Assembly: GCA_050331235.1 (NCBI GenBank)
Contig: JBHJHA010000020.1
Location: forward strand, 1-64,000
Reading direction: 5' to 3'
Origin: Leptolyngbyaceae cyanobacterium
GTDB lineage: Bacteria > Cyanobacteriota > Cyanobacteriia > Phormidesmidales > Phormidesmidaceae
DNA length: 64,000 bases
Shown piece by piece: positions 17,746-28,924 of the stretch (its first letter is position 1; each line of letters starts with the position of its first letter). A program made the position numbers and the translations under genes. Under the pieces are notes generated by a model. It saw only the letters and a program-made list of their open reading frames with translations. It was not told the DNA's origin and made no database searches.

Positions 17746-20001
17746 ATGCAGCAAACCTTTCAAATTACCGGCATGAGCTGTGCCGCCTGTGTCAAAAGCG
17801 TCGAAACGGCCATCAGTGAGGTAAAAGGGGTTGCACTGTGCAACGTTAATTTTGGTGCTGAACAGGCCACCGTAGAGTTTAATCGGCAGCAGACAACCCC
17901 TCAAGCGATTCAAACTGCAGTAGAACGCGCCGGGTACGGTGCCCACCCGCTCGCAGCGTTTGGGGAAGCTCCCCCTGCGGCTGAGACTGCTCAGGATCTA
18001 ACTATTCGGACTCTCCGGCGAAAAGTCATTTTTGGGGGAATTATCAGTACCGTTTTGATAGTTGGGTCTCTACCCATGATGACGGGCCTGCCTATTCCCT
18101 GGATTCCAGCGTGGCTGCACCATCCCCTCGTGCAGTGGGGATTAACGACGCCGGTGATGGTGTGGTGCGGATCAACCTTTTTCGTCGGGGCCTGGCGCAG
18201 CGTACAACGCTGCTCCGCTAACATGAACACTCTGGTTGCCTTGGGCACGGGGGCCGCTTACCTATATTCGCTAGTTGTCACCTTTGCCCCCCAGTTGATT
18301 GTCAGCCAGGGGATTACCGGGGCGGTCTATTACGAAGCCGCCGTGGTGATCATTACCTTGATTTTGTTGGGACGATTGTTGGAGCAGCGCGCTAAAAAGC
18401 AGACCTCCACGGCTATCCGTCAGCTCATGGGCCTCCAAGCCAAAACGGCCCGGGTCAAGCGCCAGGGCCAGATTCAGGACATGCCCATCCAAGCGGTGGT
18501 GGTTGACGATGTGGTCATTGTGAGACCAGGGGAAAAGATTCCCGTCGATGGCGAGGTCATTGAGGGCACATCCACGGTGGATGAGTCAATGGTGACCGGA
18601 GAATCGCTGCCCGTCACTAAAGGACCAGGAGACGAAGTTGTCGGTGCCACCCTCAATAAATCAGGTAGCTTCCAGTTTCGGGCCTTGCGGGTTGGTAAAG
18701 ATACGCTGTTAGCTCAGATTGTACAGTGGGTACAAACGGCTCAAAATTCCAAAGCACCCATTCAAAATCTCGCTGATCGCGTTACCCAGTGGTTTGTTCC
18801 TTGCGTGATGGCGATCGCTGTCTTGACCTGTCTAACCTGGTGGCTGACGACCCGCAATCTCACGTTAGCGATGATTGCAACGGTGAGCGTTTTGATTATC
18901 GCTTGCCCCTGCGCCCTGGGCTTGGCGACGCCAACGTCGATCATGGTCGGCACAGGCAAAGGGGCAGAGCATGGCATTCTCATTAAGGGAGGTGAGAGTT
19001 TAGAACAGGCCCATCGCATCACCACAGTGGTTTTAGATAAAACCGGCACCCTTACAGCGGGGCAACCCACGGTGACTAACTTTGTCACCGTGGATGGAAC
19101 GGCCCATCAAAACGAGCTAAAACTGCTGCGCCTTGCCGCCGCCATCGAGCAAAATTCAGAACATCCCCTGGCGGAGGCTGTCATCCGCTATGCCCAGCGG
19201 CAAGAAATCTCCGTAGACCAATTGCCCACTGTAGAAAACTTCACCGCCGTCCCTGGGAAGGGTGTACAGGGCACGGTCAGCGATCGCCACGTGCAGATTG
19301 GCACCCGCCGCTGGATGACAGAGTTGGGCATTGATCTAGAGCGCTGGGCCGCGCGGGAGTCAGCCTTTGCCAGTCAAGCGAAAACGACGGCATTGGTGGC
19401 GGTAGAGGGCCAAATTGCTGGCTTGCTAGCCATCGCTGATGTGATCAAGCCAAGCTCCCAGGCCGTTGTTACCCAACTGCAAAAGATGGGGTTAGAAGTA
19501 GTTATGCTGACGGGGGATAATCACCAAACCGCGCAGAGCATTGCCGACTCCGTGGGCATTCGCCGGGTAAGGGCAGAGGTCAAGCCAGATCAAAAGGCCG
19601 CGGAGATTTACGCTTTGCAGCAGGCCGGAGCCAATGTCGCCATGGTAGGAGATGGCATTAACGATGCACCCGCGTTGGCGCAGGCCGATGTGGGCATTGC
19701 CATTGGGACAGGCACCGATGTGACGATCGCCGCTAGCGATATCACGTTGATTTCCGGTGATTTGCAGGGCATTGTCACCGCTATCCAACTGAGCCGCGCC
19801 ACCTTGACCAACATTCGCCAAAATCTCTTCTTTGCGTTCATCTACAATGTCCTTGGCATTCCTATCGCGGCGGGTATCCTGTATCCCCTTACGGGATGGT
19901 TGCTTAATCCGGTATTGGCGGGGGCGGCGATGGCTTGTAGCTCCGTTTCTGTAATTACCAATGCCCTTCGACTCAAGCGCTTTCAGCCCTGGCAAAGCTG
20001 A
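17746..20001 (+). CDS. pacS: Cu(I)-translocating P1B-type ATPase (PacS/CopA)
   Basis: GMSCAAC, TGES, CPC, DKTGT, SEHPL, GDGIND, YN and MxxSS. Confidence 0.92.
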   Translation: MQQTFQITGMSCAACVKSVETAISEVKGVALCNVNFGAEQATVEFNRQQTTPQAIQTAVERAGYGAHPLAAFGEAPPAAETAQDLTIRTLRRKVIFGGIISTVLIVGSLPMMTGLPIPWIPAWLHHPLVQWGLTTPVMVWCGSTFFVGAWRSVQRCSANMNTLVALGTGAAYLYSLVVTFAPQLIVSQGITGAVYYEAAVVIITLILLGRLLEQRAKKQTSTAIRQLMGLQAKTARVKRQGQIQDMPIQAVVVDDVVIVRPGEKIPVDGEVIEGTSTVDESMVTGESLPVTKGPGDEVVGATLNKSGSFQFRALRVGKDTLLAQIVQWVQTAQNSKAPIQNLADRVTQWFVPCVMAIAVLTCLTWWLTTRNLTLAMIATVSVLIIACPCALGLATPTSIMVGTGKGAEHGILIKGGESLEQAHRITTVVLDKTGTLTAGQPTVTNFVTVDGTAHQNELKLLRLAAAIEQNSEHPLAEAVIRYAQRQEISVDQLPTVENFTAVPGKGVQGTVSDRHVQIGTRRWMTELGIDLERWAARESAFASQAKTTALVAVEGQIAGLLAIADVIKPSSQAVVTQLQKMGLEVVMLTGDNHQTAQSIADSVGIRRVRAEVKPDQKAAEIYALQQAGANVAMVGDGINDAPALAQADVGIAIGTGTDVTIAASDITLISGDLQGIVTAIQLSRATLTNIRQNLFFAFIYNVLGIPIAAGILYPLTGWLLNPVLAGAAMACSSVSVITNALRLKRFQPWQS

Positions 20002-20257
20002 TGACTAGATAGTCAAAAGGCTCGTCAGCCTCTATCGCTGGTATCGTCAACCCAGTCTGACAACTTGTGCGACGGTTGCAGCGGTGTAAACAGCTGACGC
20101 AGCAAGCCTTTGGATGTGCGAATTCGGTAAATACCGTGGTTACAAAACTTTGTGATCGGGGCACTGTATTAATACGAGCAACCGCCACCATAGACCGTTT
20201 CACGGGCTGTCCTTTTTAATCTGCTCACTTCGTTGTGCTGGTAAACAGTAAAAATTC

Positions 20258-20869
20258 GTGCTAACTTCTACTCCTGCTTTAAATCCTCGATTGATTCAAC
20301 CTAAATCATCCTTGCAACCGACCAAGCTGCTAGGGCAAAGAGAAGATTATACTACTTGCCATATTCTGCTTCCAGAAGAAGGCGAACGACTGCCAGCGAT
20401 CGCGCTCGATGGTCATTTTTATAGCTTTTTTAGGAGCTTGGATGATCCGCAAAAAATCCTCCGCATCTTACTGAAACTTTCCGCGAAGGGTGAGCGCACG
20501 GTCATGACCCCTAACAAACGGGGATATGCCATCTGGGTACATGAACCGACTGCGGTATTGGCCACGTCAAAGGGGAAGGCTTCTCGCCAGTTACCCTCAT
20601 CCTTTGGCCCCGCCAACTGCTGGATTATTAGCGATCGTCAGCCGGGCTACCGTCTATGTACTCTCAATGTCCCCGATTTACCCGACGCGGTCCCAGGTCT
20701 CGCCCAAGGACAAAAGCTCTTTAGCCTGTACCGGCGTGAGCAAGATGCTGACAATACGCTTAAACTGGGCTCTCGTCTTTCCCAACGAGGCGACGAAATC
20801 GTGATTGTTATCTCTAACAACAACTACGGTCTGTGCATTTATGAACCCGGTGCAACCGCACTCAACTAA
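20258..20869 (+). CDS. Hypothetical protein made of two homologous halves
   Basis: YTTCHILLPE...YSFFR...KGE...WVHEP aligns with YRLCTLNVPD...FSLYR...RGD...CIYEP. Confidence 0.75.
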   Translation: MLTSTPALNPRLIQPKSSLQPTKLLGQREDYTTCHILLPEEGERLPAIALDGHFYSFFRSLDDPQKILRILLKLSAKGERTVMTPNKRGYAIWVHEPTAVLATSKGKASRQLPSSFGPANCWIISDRQPGYRLCTLNVPDLPDAVPGLAQGQKLFSLYRREQDADNTLKLGSRLSQRGDEIVIVISNNNYGLCIYEPGATALN

Positions 20870-20961
20870 GCCAGCGATGGCACATTTGGTAGCCCAGCGA
20901 TCGACATCCCAAATCAAGGAGCCCAGCATTTAAACGGTGCACTGTTGTTGCTCATAAGACT

Positions 20962-20994
20962 CTCCCCTAGACGCTCTCAAGGTGTCTAGGGGAG
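20962..20994. terminator. Stem-loop between convergent genes
   Basis: CTCCCCTAGAC...GTCTAGGGGAG inverted repeat. Confidence 0.6.
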
Positions 20995-21119
20995 TTATTG
21001 TACGGAGCCACCTGTCCAAGGCAACTTCGTCTACAGGCATCTTCATTTCAAACTACTGCCTTGCTTAGACCATGTGTGTCCTACAGAGCTCAAGCATTCA
21101 GTAGACAGCCTTAACTAGA

Positions 21120-21479
21120 TTAACGCTGACCCGGACTACCGTTAGCTCCAGGTAAAATGGGTTGCTCAACGGCCTGTCGAAAACCTGCAACCTCTTCGGT
21201 AAAGTCGATGGGCAATACCGAGACAACGTTCTCATGGGGACGAGGAATGATTACCCAAGTTTCCAAAACACCACCGGGCGCATTTTCGGCAGCTGCGACC
21301 CCCGCTTCCATGGCAGCTTTCACTTCTGATATATCACCCCGAATGTTGACCACAAATCGAGCACTGCCCGCCCGAATGTAGTTCACCAAAGTCACCCGAC
21401 CTGCTTTGACCATTGCATCTGCTGCCGCCAAAACAGGCGGAAAGCCTTTTGTCTCAAGGGAGCCCACTGCCTGTGGCAT
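21120..21479 (-). CDS. ccmK4: Carboxysome shell protein CcmK4
   Basis: BMC domain: AVGSLETKGFPPVLAAADAMVKAG...RAGSARF...IIPRPHENV. Confidence 0.88.
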   Translation of the reverse strand: MPQAVGSLETKGFPPVLAAADAMVKAGRVTLVNYIRAGSARFVVNIRGDISEVKAAMEAGVAAAENAPGGVLETWVIIPRPHENVVSVLPIDFTEEVAGFRQAVEQPILPGANGSPGQR

Positions 21480-21609
21480 TGCCGTTCTCCTAATTTATGC
21501 CTGTATTGCAAACTTTATTGTACGAGCCTGATGAACATTAGCGCGGCGATAATGAAGGAATTAAGTCATCGCCAGACAATCTTCAAATTTGTTCAGACGC
21601 CTTCAAGCG

Positions 21610-21951
21610 TCAGAGACCGGGTAGAACGCCCCGCATTTCCTCTAACCAAAAATCTTCTGATTCTTCGCTGAAGTAGATGGGCAGTACCGCCTCTAAGTTT
21701 TCGGGCGGATTGGGCACGATGTAGTGAGTTGTCACCGTGCCTTCATTCGGCATATTGTTGCCAACTTCAATACCAGCTTCTACCGCACGCTTGACTTCGG
21801 AAACGGGACCTCGAACCGCCACAAACTGTCGGCCACTTTCAGCCCGCTCATATTTCACTAAAGTGACGCGCCCTGCCTTAACCATCGCGTCTGCGACTCC
21901 GAGCACTGCGGGAAATCCCTGAGTTTCAATGACACCAACAGCAAATGGCAT
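21610..21951 (-). CDS. ccmK3: Carboxysome shell protein CcmK3
   Basis: MPFAVGVIETQGFPAVL...YERAESG...IVPNPPENL; upstream of ccmK4; start adjusted. Confidence 0.88.
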   Translation of the reverse strand: MPFAVGVIETQGFPAVLGVADAMVKAGRVTLVKYERAESGRQFVAVRGPVSEVKRAVEAGIEVGNNMPNEGTVTTHYIVPNPPENLEAVLPIYFSEESEDFWLEEMRGVLPGL

Positions 21952-22019
21952 AGACTCAAACGTCCTAAAAACTTGAAATGACGATTTTGAAACCGGGGTA
22001 AACCAGCCCAGCTTTAGAA

Positions 22020-22610
22020 TCATACCTTGATTGAGCTGGGTTCCGCGATCGCGGCAATGATTCGTTCGCAGCCTGACTCTGGCCGGGCCCAGTCATAGTG
22101 GCAAATCTTAGGATCGCCCCAGCAAAGGCGTAAATACAGCTCCGAACGAGTTGCATCAACCTCCGCCCATTCCGCCTCGCTAATCCACGTATCAATGGTG
22201 GCTAGCTCCACCGGCAGAGGGGGTGGCCCTGGTCGCCAAAGTCGCAGATTTGGAATTGAAGAACGCCAAAACTGGATTACCCCCGACTTGGCAGCTTGCA
22301 GTGCTAGCTTATCTGCCTCAATGGCAATGAGTTGGGGGTGCAGTTCTGGGAACCGATGCGATCGCCCCTTAAAGCGGCACGTATGCCATACCAAACCAGA
22401 TACATTGTGCTCGCGCTGATAATGATGAATTTGATCGCGAAAGTCTTGCACCGCAAACACTTTGCTAAGTTTCTCAGTGCCAATCGCCTTGGCAATCACT
22501 GGATTGAGGCGTTCATTGGAAGACAAGACCACCCGCTCTCCTCGCCAAGCTGCCCGGAGTTCCTGATCAAGAAAGTCGAGGAGTTGTTCAGTCGTATAAC
22601 TCATGGGCAC
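22020..22610 (-). CDS. Hypothetical protein
   Basis: 196-aa ORF with protein-like composition, co-oriented with the ccmK genes. Confidence 0.7.
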   Translation of the reverse strand: MPMSYTTEQLLDFLDQELRAAWRGERVVLSSNERLNPVIAKAIGTEKLSKVFAVQDFRDQIHHYQREHNVSGLVWHTCRFKGRSHRFPELHPQLIAIEADKLALQAAKSGVIQFWRSSIPNLRLWRPGPPPLPVELATIDTWISEAEWAEVDATRSELYLRLCWGDPKICHYDWARPESGCERIIAAIAEPSSIKV

Positions 22611-22800
22611 TCAGAGTAAGAGTAGTCCAATCTTATCAACCTTGCTTCGTGCTGACAGTGCCTTGGCCTACGCTCAGGGAGCCCAGCACTAATTATGGCT
22701 CATCTATGGACATGGAATAACAAATCTGAACCAGCATCCACGACTCAGGTGGAGTCTTAGCCAATCAGCAGCATCACCGTCCCAAGTAATGACGATGGCT

Positions 22801-23553
22801 TCAAACCGCCAAAAACTCTTGAATCACCGCGTTACTAAGCTCTGCAGTTGGTCCCGAAGAGACGATCCCGCCTTTTTGCATGGCGTAGTAATAATCGGCT
22901 TGGCGGACAAAGTGCAAATGCTGCTCCACCAGTAAAACTGAGATGCCAGTGGTCTCAATAATCCGCCGCACAGCCGCCTCAATATCCAAAATGATGGAGG
23001 GCTGAATCCCTTCGGTGGGTTCATCGAGTACGAGGAGTTTGGGCTTGCTCATCAGGGCTCGGGCGATCGCCAATTGCTGTTGCTGACCGCCGCTTAAGTC
23101 GCCGCCCATGCGATCCAGCATAGTTTTCAACACGGGAAACAGCTCAAAGATTTCATTGGGTACGGTTTTGGACTTTTGCCCGCGATCGCCCAGGGCCTCT
23201 TGGCCAATGATCAGATTTTCGGCAACGGTCAGGCGGGGAATGATCTCCCGACCCTGGGGCACGTAACCAATACCCAGGCGGGCTCGTTTATCCGGAGTGA
23301 ATTTCAGCAGCGATCGCCCCTCGTATTCAATGTCTCCAGTACGAGGCAACAGCAAGCCCATAACGTTGTTCAGCAGCGTGGTTTTGCCCACTCCATTGCG
23401 GCCAATCAGACATACCATCTGGCCTTGGGGCACCGTCAAATCGACGTCTCGTAAAATATGGCTCTCACCGTAAAAGAAGTTGAGCCCAGAAATCTTCAGC
23501 ATGGGGGCCGTTGCCGCCGGGGCGTCCGACAGTACACCAGTCGTTTGGGTCAT
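22801..23553 (-). CDS. urtE: Urea ABC transporter ATP-binding subunit UrtE
   Basis: GRNGVGKTT, YVPQGREI, LSGGQQQQ and LDEPTEGIQP. Confidence 0.93.
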   Translation of the reverse strand: MTQTTGVLSDAPAATAPMLKISGLNFFYGESHILRDVDLTVPQGQMVCLIGRNGVGKTTLLNNVMGLLLPRTGDIEYEGRSLLKFTPDKRARLGIGYVPQGREIIPRLTVAENLIIGQEALGDRGQKSKTVPNEIFELFPVLKTMLDRMGGDLSGGQQQQLAIARALMSKPKLLVLDEPTEGIQPSIILDIEAAVRRIIETTGISVLLVEQHLHFVRQADYYYAMQKGGIVSSGPTAELSNAVIQEFLAV

Positions 23554-24671
23554 GACAGTAAATCCTCTTGAGCAGCCACTTCTAAACGGCTGACCGTTTC
23601 GGGGGCCAGATTAAGTAGAGAGACGAGCTTTTGATAGGTGAGGGCTTCGGCCTGGTTGATTTGGTTAGCGCTGATCACTTGAAAGCCCAGCACCAATGCC
23701 TGTTCGCGTTGTGCCTCAGAGGTCAATAAAGGCACCAACTCTTCTAGGGGAACAGCCTTGGCCAAAAGATTTTCTAATTCGCTTTTGAGGACCATTTGCT
23801 CGTCAGGATCATGGGCAAAGCGGCGACTCAGCTGAGTCAAAATCAAATCTTGCTCAGCTGAGTCAAATTGCTCATCGGCCCAGGCCATCGTGGCCGCAAT
23901 GCGCAATAGCAGCATCTGCTCGGCGGTGACGGTAGTCTCTTGGCCCAGGTACACCTCAATGACGCGGGGGTCGTTTTGCACCTCATCCATTGAGCCTTCA
24001 CAGAGCACTGACCCTTCATGGAGCACTGTCACCTGGCGGGCAATTTGCCGCACAAACTCCATGTCGTGCTCAATCACAATGATGGAATGACTCTCGGCCA
24101 GAGACATCAGCAGGTTACCCGTTTGTTCAGTCTCTTCGTCCGTTAGACCGGCCACAGGCTCATCTACCAGCAACAAGTCAGGGGACTGAGCGACCAACAT
24201 GCCGATTTCGAGCCACTGCTTTTCTCCGTGGGAGAGCAACGCCGCGGGAATATCCGCTTTGCAGTCAAGGCCAATGGTTTCTAACAAACCACCTACGGTG
24301 CGTTTTTCGGCAGTAGGCGTTTGCTTAAACAGCGTCGCAAAGACGTTTTTGTCACGGTTGCAAGACAGCTCTAAGTTTTCTCGGGGGGTGAGATTTAGAT
24401 ACACCCGAGGAGTTTGAAATTTACGGCCGATGCCCAATCGCGCGATGGTGTGCTCGGCCTGCTTTTTGAGGTCTTTACCTTTAAACCGAGCCTGCCCCGT
24501 AGTGGGCTGCACTTTGCCTGTAATCACGTCTAAAAAGGTCGTTTTACCCGCGCCGTTGGGACCAATGATGACTCGCAGCTCTCCCTCTTGCATGGAGAAG
24601 TTGAGGTCGTTCAGCGCCTTAAATCCGTCGAAGCTAACGGTGACATGTTCAATCTCTAGCAGTGCTGTCAT
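23550..24671 (-). CDS. urtD: Urea ABC transporter ATP-binding subunit UrtD with a C-terminal TerB-like extension
   Basis: GPNGAGKTT, GRKFQ, LSHGEKQWLE and VIEVYLG, followed by ~125 extra aa (MAWADEQFDSAE...INQAE). Confidence 0.92.
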   Translation of the reverse strand: MTALLEIEHVTVSFDGFKALNDLNFSMQEGELRVIIGPNGAGKTTFLDVITGKVQPTTGQARFKGKDLKKQAEHTIARLGIGRKFQTPRVYLNLTPRENLELSCNRDKNVFATLFKQTPTAEKRTVGGLLETIGLDCKADIPAALLSHGEKQWLEIGMLVAQSPDLLLVDEPVAGLTDEETEQTGNLLMSLAESHSIIVIEHDMEFVRQIARQVTVLHEGSVLCEGSMDEVQNDPRVIEVYLGQETTVTAEQMLLLRIAATMAWADEQFDSAEQDLILTQLSRRFAHDPDEQMVLKSELENLLAKAVPLEELVPLLTSEAQREQALVLGFQVISANQINQAEALTYQKLVSLLNLAPETVSRLEVAAQEDLLS

Positions 24672-24750
24672 GTTGAAAGAGTCGGTAAATCAAAATATTA
24701 AACGGCGAACACTCAATGATGGATATGGGTCGACCGGGTCGAGCCTTGGG

Positions 24751-25920
24751 CTATTCAGACACTTGCTGGGAGGCTGGTGGTGCATCTAGCTCACCCTCCA
24801 CCTGCGGGTAGGTTAACGGGGCCTTGCTAAAGAGCGATCGCACTCCCATAGGGGCCTGCTGGCGCAGCCACCCTACGATGCCGTCAGGCAGAGCAGTTAC
24901 TACGAGCAAAAACAGCGCCCCTTGGAAAAATAGCCATACCTCAGGAAAGCTCTCACTGAGCAAGGCTCGCGCCCAGTTCACCAAGAGGGCACCGAGAATC
25001 GCGCCCACCAGTGTGGCACGGCCCCCCACCGCCACCCAAATCACCATCTCAATGGAAAAGGCAATGTCCATAAACTGCGGTGAAACGATGCCTGACTGCA
25101 CAGTGTAGAGCGCTCCCGCGATGCCCGCGATCGCCCCAGAGACGGCAAACACCAGCACTTTAAAGCCGGTGGGGTCATACCCCGAAAAGCGCACGCGGTT
25201 TTCATCATCCCGAATTGCCATGAGCAGCCGACCAAACCGGCCACTGGTCAGCCAGCGACAGAGCAAATACATCAGCACTAAAAGGGCGATCGTCAGCAAA
25301 TAAAACGTCATCTGCATCCTTTCATCGCCCACCTGCTGTCCCCAAAAGGTGCTCGTGTCGGTTTTCAAACCGTTGGTGCCATTGATCCATTTTTGTTGGC
25401 CATTGAACAGGTTGAAAAAGACCACTAGGGCCGCTTGGGTCAAGATTGAAAAATAAACGCCCCGAATGCGGTTGCGGAAAACTAGATAGCCCAACAAACC
25501 GGCAATGATCGCCGGAATTATAAATATTGCTAGCAGAGTAAAGGGAAATGAATAAAACGGTTGCCAAAACCAAGGCAGTTCAGAGACACCATACAGACCA
25601 AAAAACTCCGGTAGTTGCCCTGCTTCTAAGCTATTGAGCTGGAGAAACATGGCAAAAGCATAGCCACCGAGAGCAAAGAAAATACCGTGCCCGAGGCTCA
25701 ACAAGCCTGTAAAGCCCCAAATCAAATCAATGCCTAAGGCGACGATCGCCAGTGACATAAATCGTCCCAATAAGCCAAGGCGAAAGCCACTTAAAACAAG
25801 AGGTAAGATCACCGCCATCAGCACGACAAACGCAACAATGCCGATGATTTCGACTAGGCGGCGGCGGGAATTTTGTGCTCGAACTACTTTTCTAGGTTGC
25901 ACGGGAGTTGGAGTCGTCAT
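24751..25920 (-). CDS. urtC: Urea ABC transporter permease UrtC
   Basis: DLIWGFTGLLSLGHG, GVYFSILTQA and AIRDDENRVRFSGY; start adjusted. Confidence 0.92.
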   Translation of the reverse strand: MTTPTPVQPRKVVRAQNSRRRLVEIIGIVAFVVLMAVILPLVLSGFRLGLLGRFMSLAIVALGIDLIWGFTGLLSLGHGIFFALGGYAFAMFLQLNSLEAGQLPEFFGLYGVSELPWFWQPFYSFPFTLLAIFIIPAIIAGLLGYLVFRNRIRGVYFSILTQAALVVFFNLFNGQQKWINGTNGLKTDTSTFWGQQVGDERMQMTFYLLTIALLVLMYLLCRWLTSGRFGRLLMAIRDDENRVRFSGYDPTGFKVLVFAVSGAIAGIAGALYTVQSGIVSPQFMDIAFSIEMVIWVAVGGRATLVGAILGALLVNWARALLSESFPEVWLFFQGALFLLVVTALPDGIVGWLRQQAPMGVRSLFSKAPLTYPQVEGELDAPPASQQVSE

Positions 25921-25925
25921 CACTG

Positions 25926-27098
25926 CTATACCTCCACCGAACGGCCTTTTTGGGGGAACATCCCGGCCGGCTTCCACTGCAAGAAAGCAATGATCAGAGC
26001 AAACACCATGACCTTAGCCATACTCGTGGTAGCAAAGAACGTAAAGAAATCGGTCAGTGGTTGAAGGGCTGCAAATGGAGTGAGCATCAGCGCGATCGTG
26101 CCCGAACCGATGAGATAGGTAATGACGCCAATGACCATCGCCGCGACGATGCTGCCAACGAGCTTACCCACACCGCCGACTACTACCACCATGAAGGCAT
26201 CCACAATATAGTTGCCGCCTAGGTTAGGACCCACCGAGCCCAGCAGCGTTACCGCGCAGCCGGCAATCCCCGCTAAGCCTGAGCCCAAGGCAAAGGTCAA
26301 TGCGTCTACCGTTTCAGTGGGAATGCCCAGACAGGCACTCATCTTCCGGTTTTGAGTGACCGAGCGGATGCGCAGACCCCAAGCTGTACCGTTGAGGAAC
26401 CAGTAAACGCCAATTAAGCACACAATTGTCAGTGCAATAATGAACAGCCGGGCGTAGGGAAACTGCAGCGTTGAGCCTAGGGAGACACCGCCACGGAGCC
26501 AACTTGGCGCCGTTACATCAACGTTGCGGGCGCTGAACCAGGCGCGACTGAGGACGGTATTGTCGCCTTGGTTGATGACAATGCCGGTGGCGATCGCGAT
26601 CGCCCCTGACAGCATCAACACCACTGGATTGGCGAGTCGCCGCAGTTGTTCCCAATTAGTCTGCCGCTGCAGCACCCAGCGGCCACCCAAGAACAGTACA
26701 CAAAAGATGACTAAGCCAATCACCATGGCCCAGTTCACACTGCGGACAAACTGCCGCAAAATCAAGCTCACACCCCAAGTAGCCAGTAGCGTTTCTAGCG
26801 GTCGCCCGTATAAGTGACGAATGACGCCCCGCTCCAGGACAAGACCCACCAGCGCAGCCACCACAAAAGACAGCGGCAGCGCCACAAAAATGTAAATTTC
26901 CAGCGCTCCATCGCCCATGGCCTTAGCGCCATTTTGCACCACGTAGGTCGTGTAAGCGCCCAGCATCATGAGTTCCCCATGGGCCAGATTGATCACGCCC
27001 ATGAGCCCAAACACAATTGCCAGGCCCAGGGCCACAATCAACAATACTGCGCCAATGCTGATGCCGTTAAATGCACCGCTTATTAATCCCTCAATCAC
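25926..27098 (-). CDS. urtB: Urea ABC transporter permease UrtB
   Basis: FGLMGVINLAHGE and LYGRPLETLLATWG; GTG start inferred. Confidence 0.92.
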   Translation of the reverse strand: MIEGLISGAFNGISIGAVLLIVALGLAIVFGLMGVINLAHGELMMLGAYTTYVVQNGAKAMGDGALEIYIFVALPLSFVVAALVGLVLERGVIRHLYGRPLETLLATWGVSLILRQFVRSVNWAMVIGLVIFCVLFLGGRWVLQRQTNWEQLRRLANPVVLMLSGAIAIATGIVINQGDNTVLSRAWFSARNVDVTAPSWLRGGVSLGSTLQFPYARLFIIALTIVCLIGVYWFLNGTAWGLRIRSVTQNRKMSACLGIPTETVDALTFALGSGLAGIAGCAVTLLGSVGPNLGGNYIVDAFMVVVVGGVGKLVGSIVAAMVIGVITYLIGSGTIALMLTPFAALQPLTDFFTFFATTSMAKVMVFALIIAFLQWKPAGMFPQKGRSVEV

Positions 27099-27188
27099 AC
27101 GCTTATCCGCCGGATAAATTTCACATAGACGGCGATCGCCATCATGACTTGCCACCAATTGCCACCTCAGAGAGTCCTGCCGGTACCG

Positions 27189-27218
27189 CTGTAATGATGA
27201 CAACTGTAATGATGACAA
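27189..27218. repeat. 15-bp tandem duplication
   Basis: CTGTAATGATGACAA x2 in the urtA-urtB spacer. Confidence 0.8.
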
Positions 27219-27225
27219 CGAGTCC

Positions 27226-27275
27226 AAAAAAAAAGGAGAGCAAACCGCCGAGTGTTGGCAAAGCTTTACTCTCCT
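27226..27275 (-). terminator. Stem-loop plus U-tract after urtA
   Basis: Minus strand AGGAGAGTAAA...TTTGCTCTCCT followed by a poly-T run. Confidence 0.65.
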
Positions 27276-27311
27276 AGACATCAGGTTGCATACCTCAAAT
27301 GGTTGCCTGGC

Positions 27312-28649
27312 CTACGCACCCTCGGTCTGATATTTGCCACCCTTTTCGGGATCAGACCAGTCGCAGGCAAAGCCCTTGGTATCAGGCACATACTGGTTCC
27401 AAGGCACCGGATCAACAGGACCGTCGGTCGAAGACACGATGTCAAACAAACCATCATCTCGGACTTGGCCGATACGCACAGTCTTAGAGATGTGGTGATT
27501 CGGGTTCATCGTCACCTGTCCCTCAGGTGCCGCAAAGGTTTGCCCGTAAGCGGCTTCACGTACGGCTGGAATGTCAGTGGTCCCGGCTTCTTCAACTGCC
27601 TGCTTCCAGAGGTAGACCATGATATAAGCCGCCTCCATGGGGTCGTTGGTCACGCGATCGTCACCATACTCGGCCTTAAAGTCCGCTACCCACTTTTCGT
27701 TTTCCGGGGTCTCAACTGTCTGGAAGTAGTTCCAAGCAGCATGGTGATCAATCAAGAATTCCTTGCCGATCTGCCGAACTTCTTCTTCGGCAATGCTGAC
27801 GGACATGACAGGATACTTGTCAGGTCCCATGCCTGCACCCTGCAGCTGCTTAAAGAAAGCAACGTTGCTGTCACCGTTCAAGCTGTTAAAGATAACTCCG
27901 CCATCTGGCAGAGCTGCCTTGATTTTCGTGATGATCGGCGTAACTTCAGTGTTGCCCAAAGGCAGATAATCTTCACCAACGGTTTCGCCGCCCTTGGCCG
28001 CCAATTGCTCTTTGATAATGGTGTTGGCAGTCCGTGGGAAGACGTAGTCAGAGCCTACCAAGAAGAACTGCTGGCCCTTGTTCTCTAGCAGCCAGTCAAC
28101 TGCGGGCTCAATCTGTTGGTTAGGGGCCGCACCTGTGTAGAAGATGTTTTGAGAACACTCTTGTCCTTCATACTGCACGGGGTACCAGAGCATATGCTGC
28201 TTAGATTCAAATACCGGCAGCACGGCTTTACGACTAGCAGAGGTCCAACAGCCAAAGACGGTAGCTACCTCGTCCTGATCGATCAGCTTCTCCGCTTTCT
28301 CAGCAAACGTAGGCCAGTCAGAAGCGCCATCTTCCTCAATCGCCTCAATTTGCTTACCGAGAACGCCGCCGGCTTCATTAATTTCTTTGATCGCAAGCTT
28401 TTCGGCGTCAACCACAGTAGTTTCGCTAATCGCCATCGTGCCACTCAGAGAGTGTAAGATACCGACCTTGATGGTTTCACCGTCGCCACCACCCGCCGCC
28501 GTAGCTTCGTCACCACCGCCTTCAGCAGGCTCGGTGGACTCGGTAGAAGCGGTATCCGAGGGAGAACCGCATGCCTTGAGCAGCATTGCTGTACCCATCG
28601 TGGCGGATCCATACAGCAAAAACTTTCGTCTGCCAAACCGATTTGTCAT
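27312..28649 (-). CDS. urtA: Urea ABC transporter substrate-binding lipoprotein UrtA
   Basis: RRKFL...LKAC signal, [25 protein letters not shown] and YPVQYEG; AGGAG SD. Confidence 0.95.
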   Translation of the reverse strand: MTNRFGRRKFLLYGSATMGTAMLLKACGSPSDTASTESTEPAEGGGDEATAAGGGDGETIKVGILHSLSGTMAISETTVVDAEKLAIKEINEAGGVLGKQIEAIEEDGASDWPTFAEKAEKLIDQDEVATVFGCWTSASRKAVLPVFESKQHMLWYPVQYEGQECSQNIFYTGAAPNQQIEPAVDWLLENKGQQFFLVGSDYVFPRTANTIIKEQLAAKGGETVGEDYLPLGNTEVTPIITKIKAALPDGGVIFNSLNGDSNVAFFKQLQGAGMGPDKYPVMSVSIAEEEVRQIGKEFLIDHHAAWNYFQTVETPENEKWVADFKAEYGDDRVTNDPMEAAYIMVYLWKQAVEEAGTTDIPAVREAAYGQTFAAPEGQVTMNPNHHISKTVRIGQVRDDGLFDIVSSTDGPVDPVPWNQYVPDTKGFACDWSDPEKGGKYQTEGA

Positions 28650-28799
28650 TCGTGCCGTTACTCCTGACTCGAAAATGTGTTCTAGCCGTGCGATTACTTT
28701 GTGGCACAGCCGCACAAATTAAGGGGCTGTAGGCAGAGACACGCCTCCACCTTGAGAAGGATGTAACTCACTCGCCAGCATGCATCGCAATCGTAGGTG

Positions 28800-28842
28800 A
28801 TACTAAAGTCAGGGTAAATACGGAAGTGTATCGCAAGATACA
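28800..28842 (-). promoter_or_regulatory. NtcA-activated promoter of the urt operon
   Basis: GTA-N8-TAC (28828-28841, flanked by T and A), 22 nt, then TAGTAT (28805-28800). Confidence 0.88.
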
Positions 28843-28924
28843 AAACCAAAAAATACTTGTCTGGATGTCTCGATAGCCCATCAGAATTGGGGTGAACAAA
28901 GGCACCCCTTGTCATCAATTACCG

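Noticed and set aside
27252..28088. 278-aa ORF antisense to urtA, and similar antisense ORFs over pacS, narB and nirA
   Set aside because: Typical codon-bias shadows of conserved genes.
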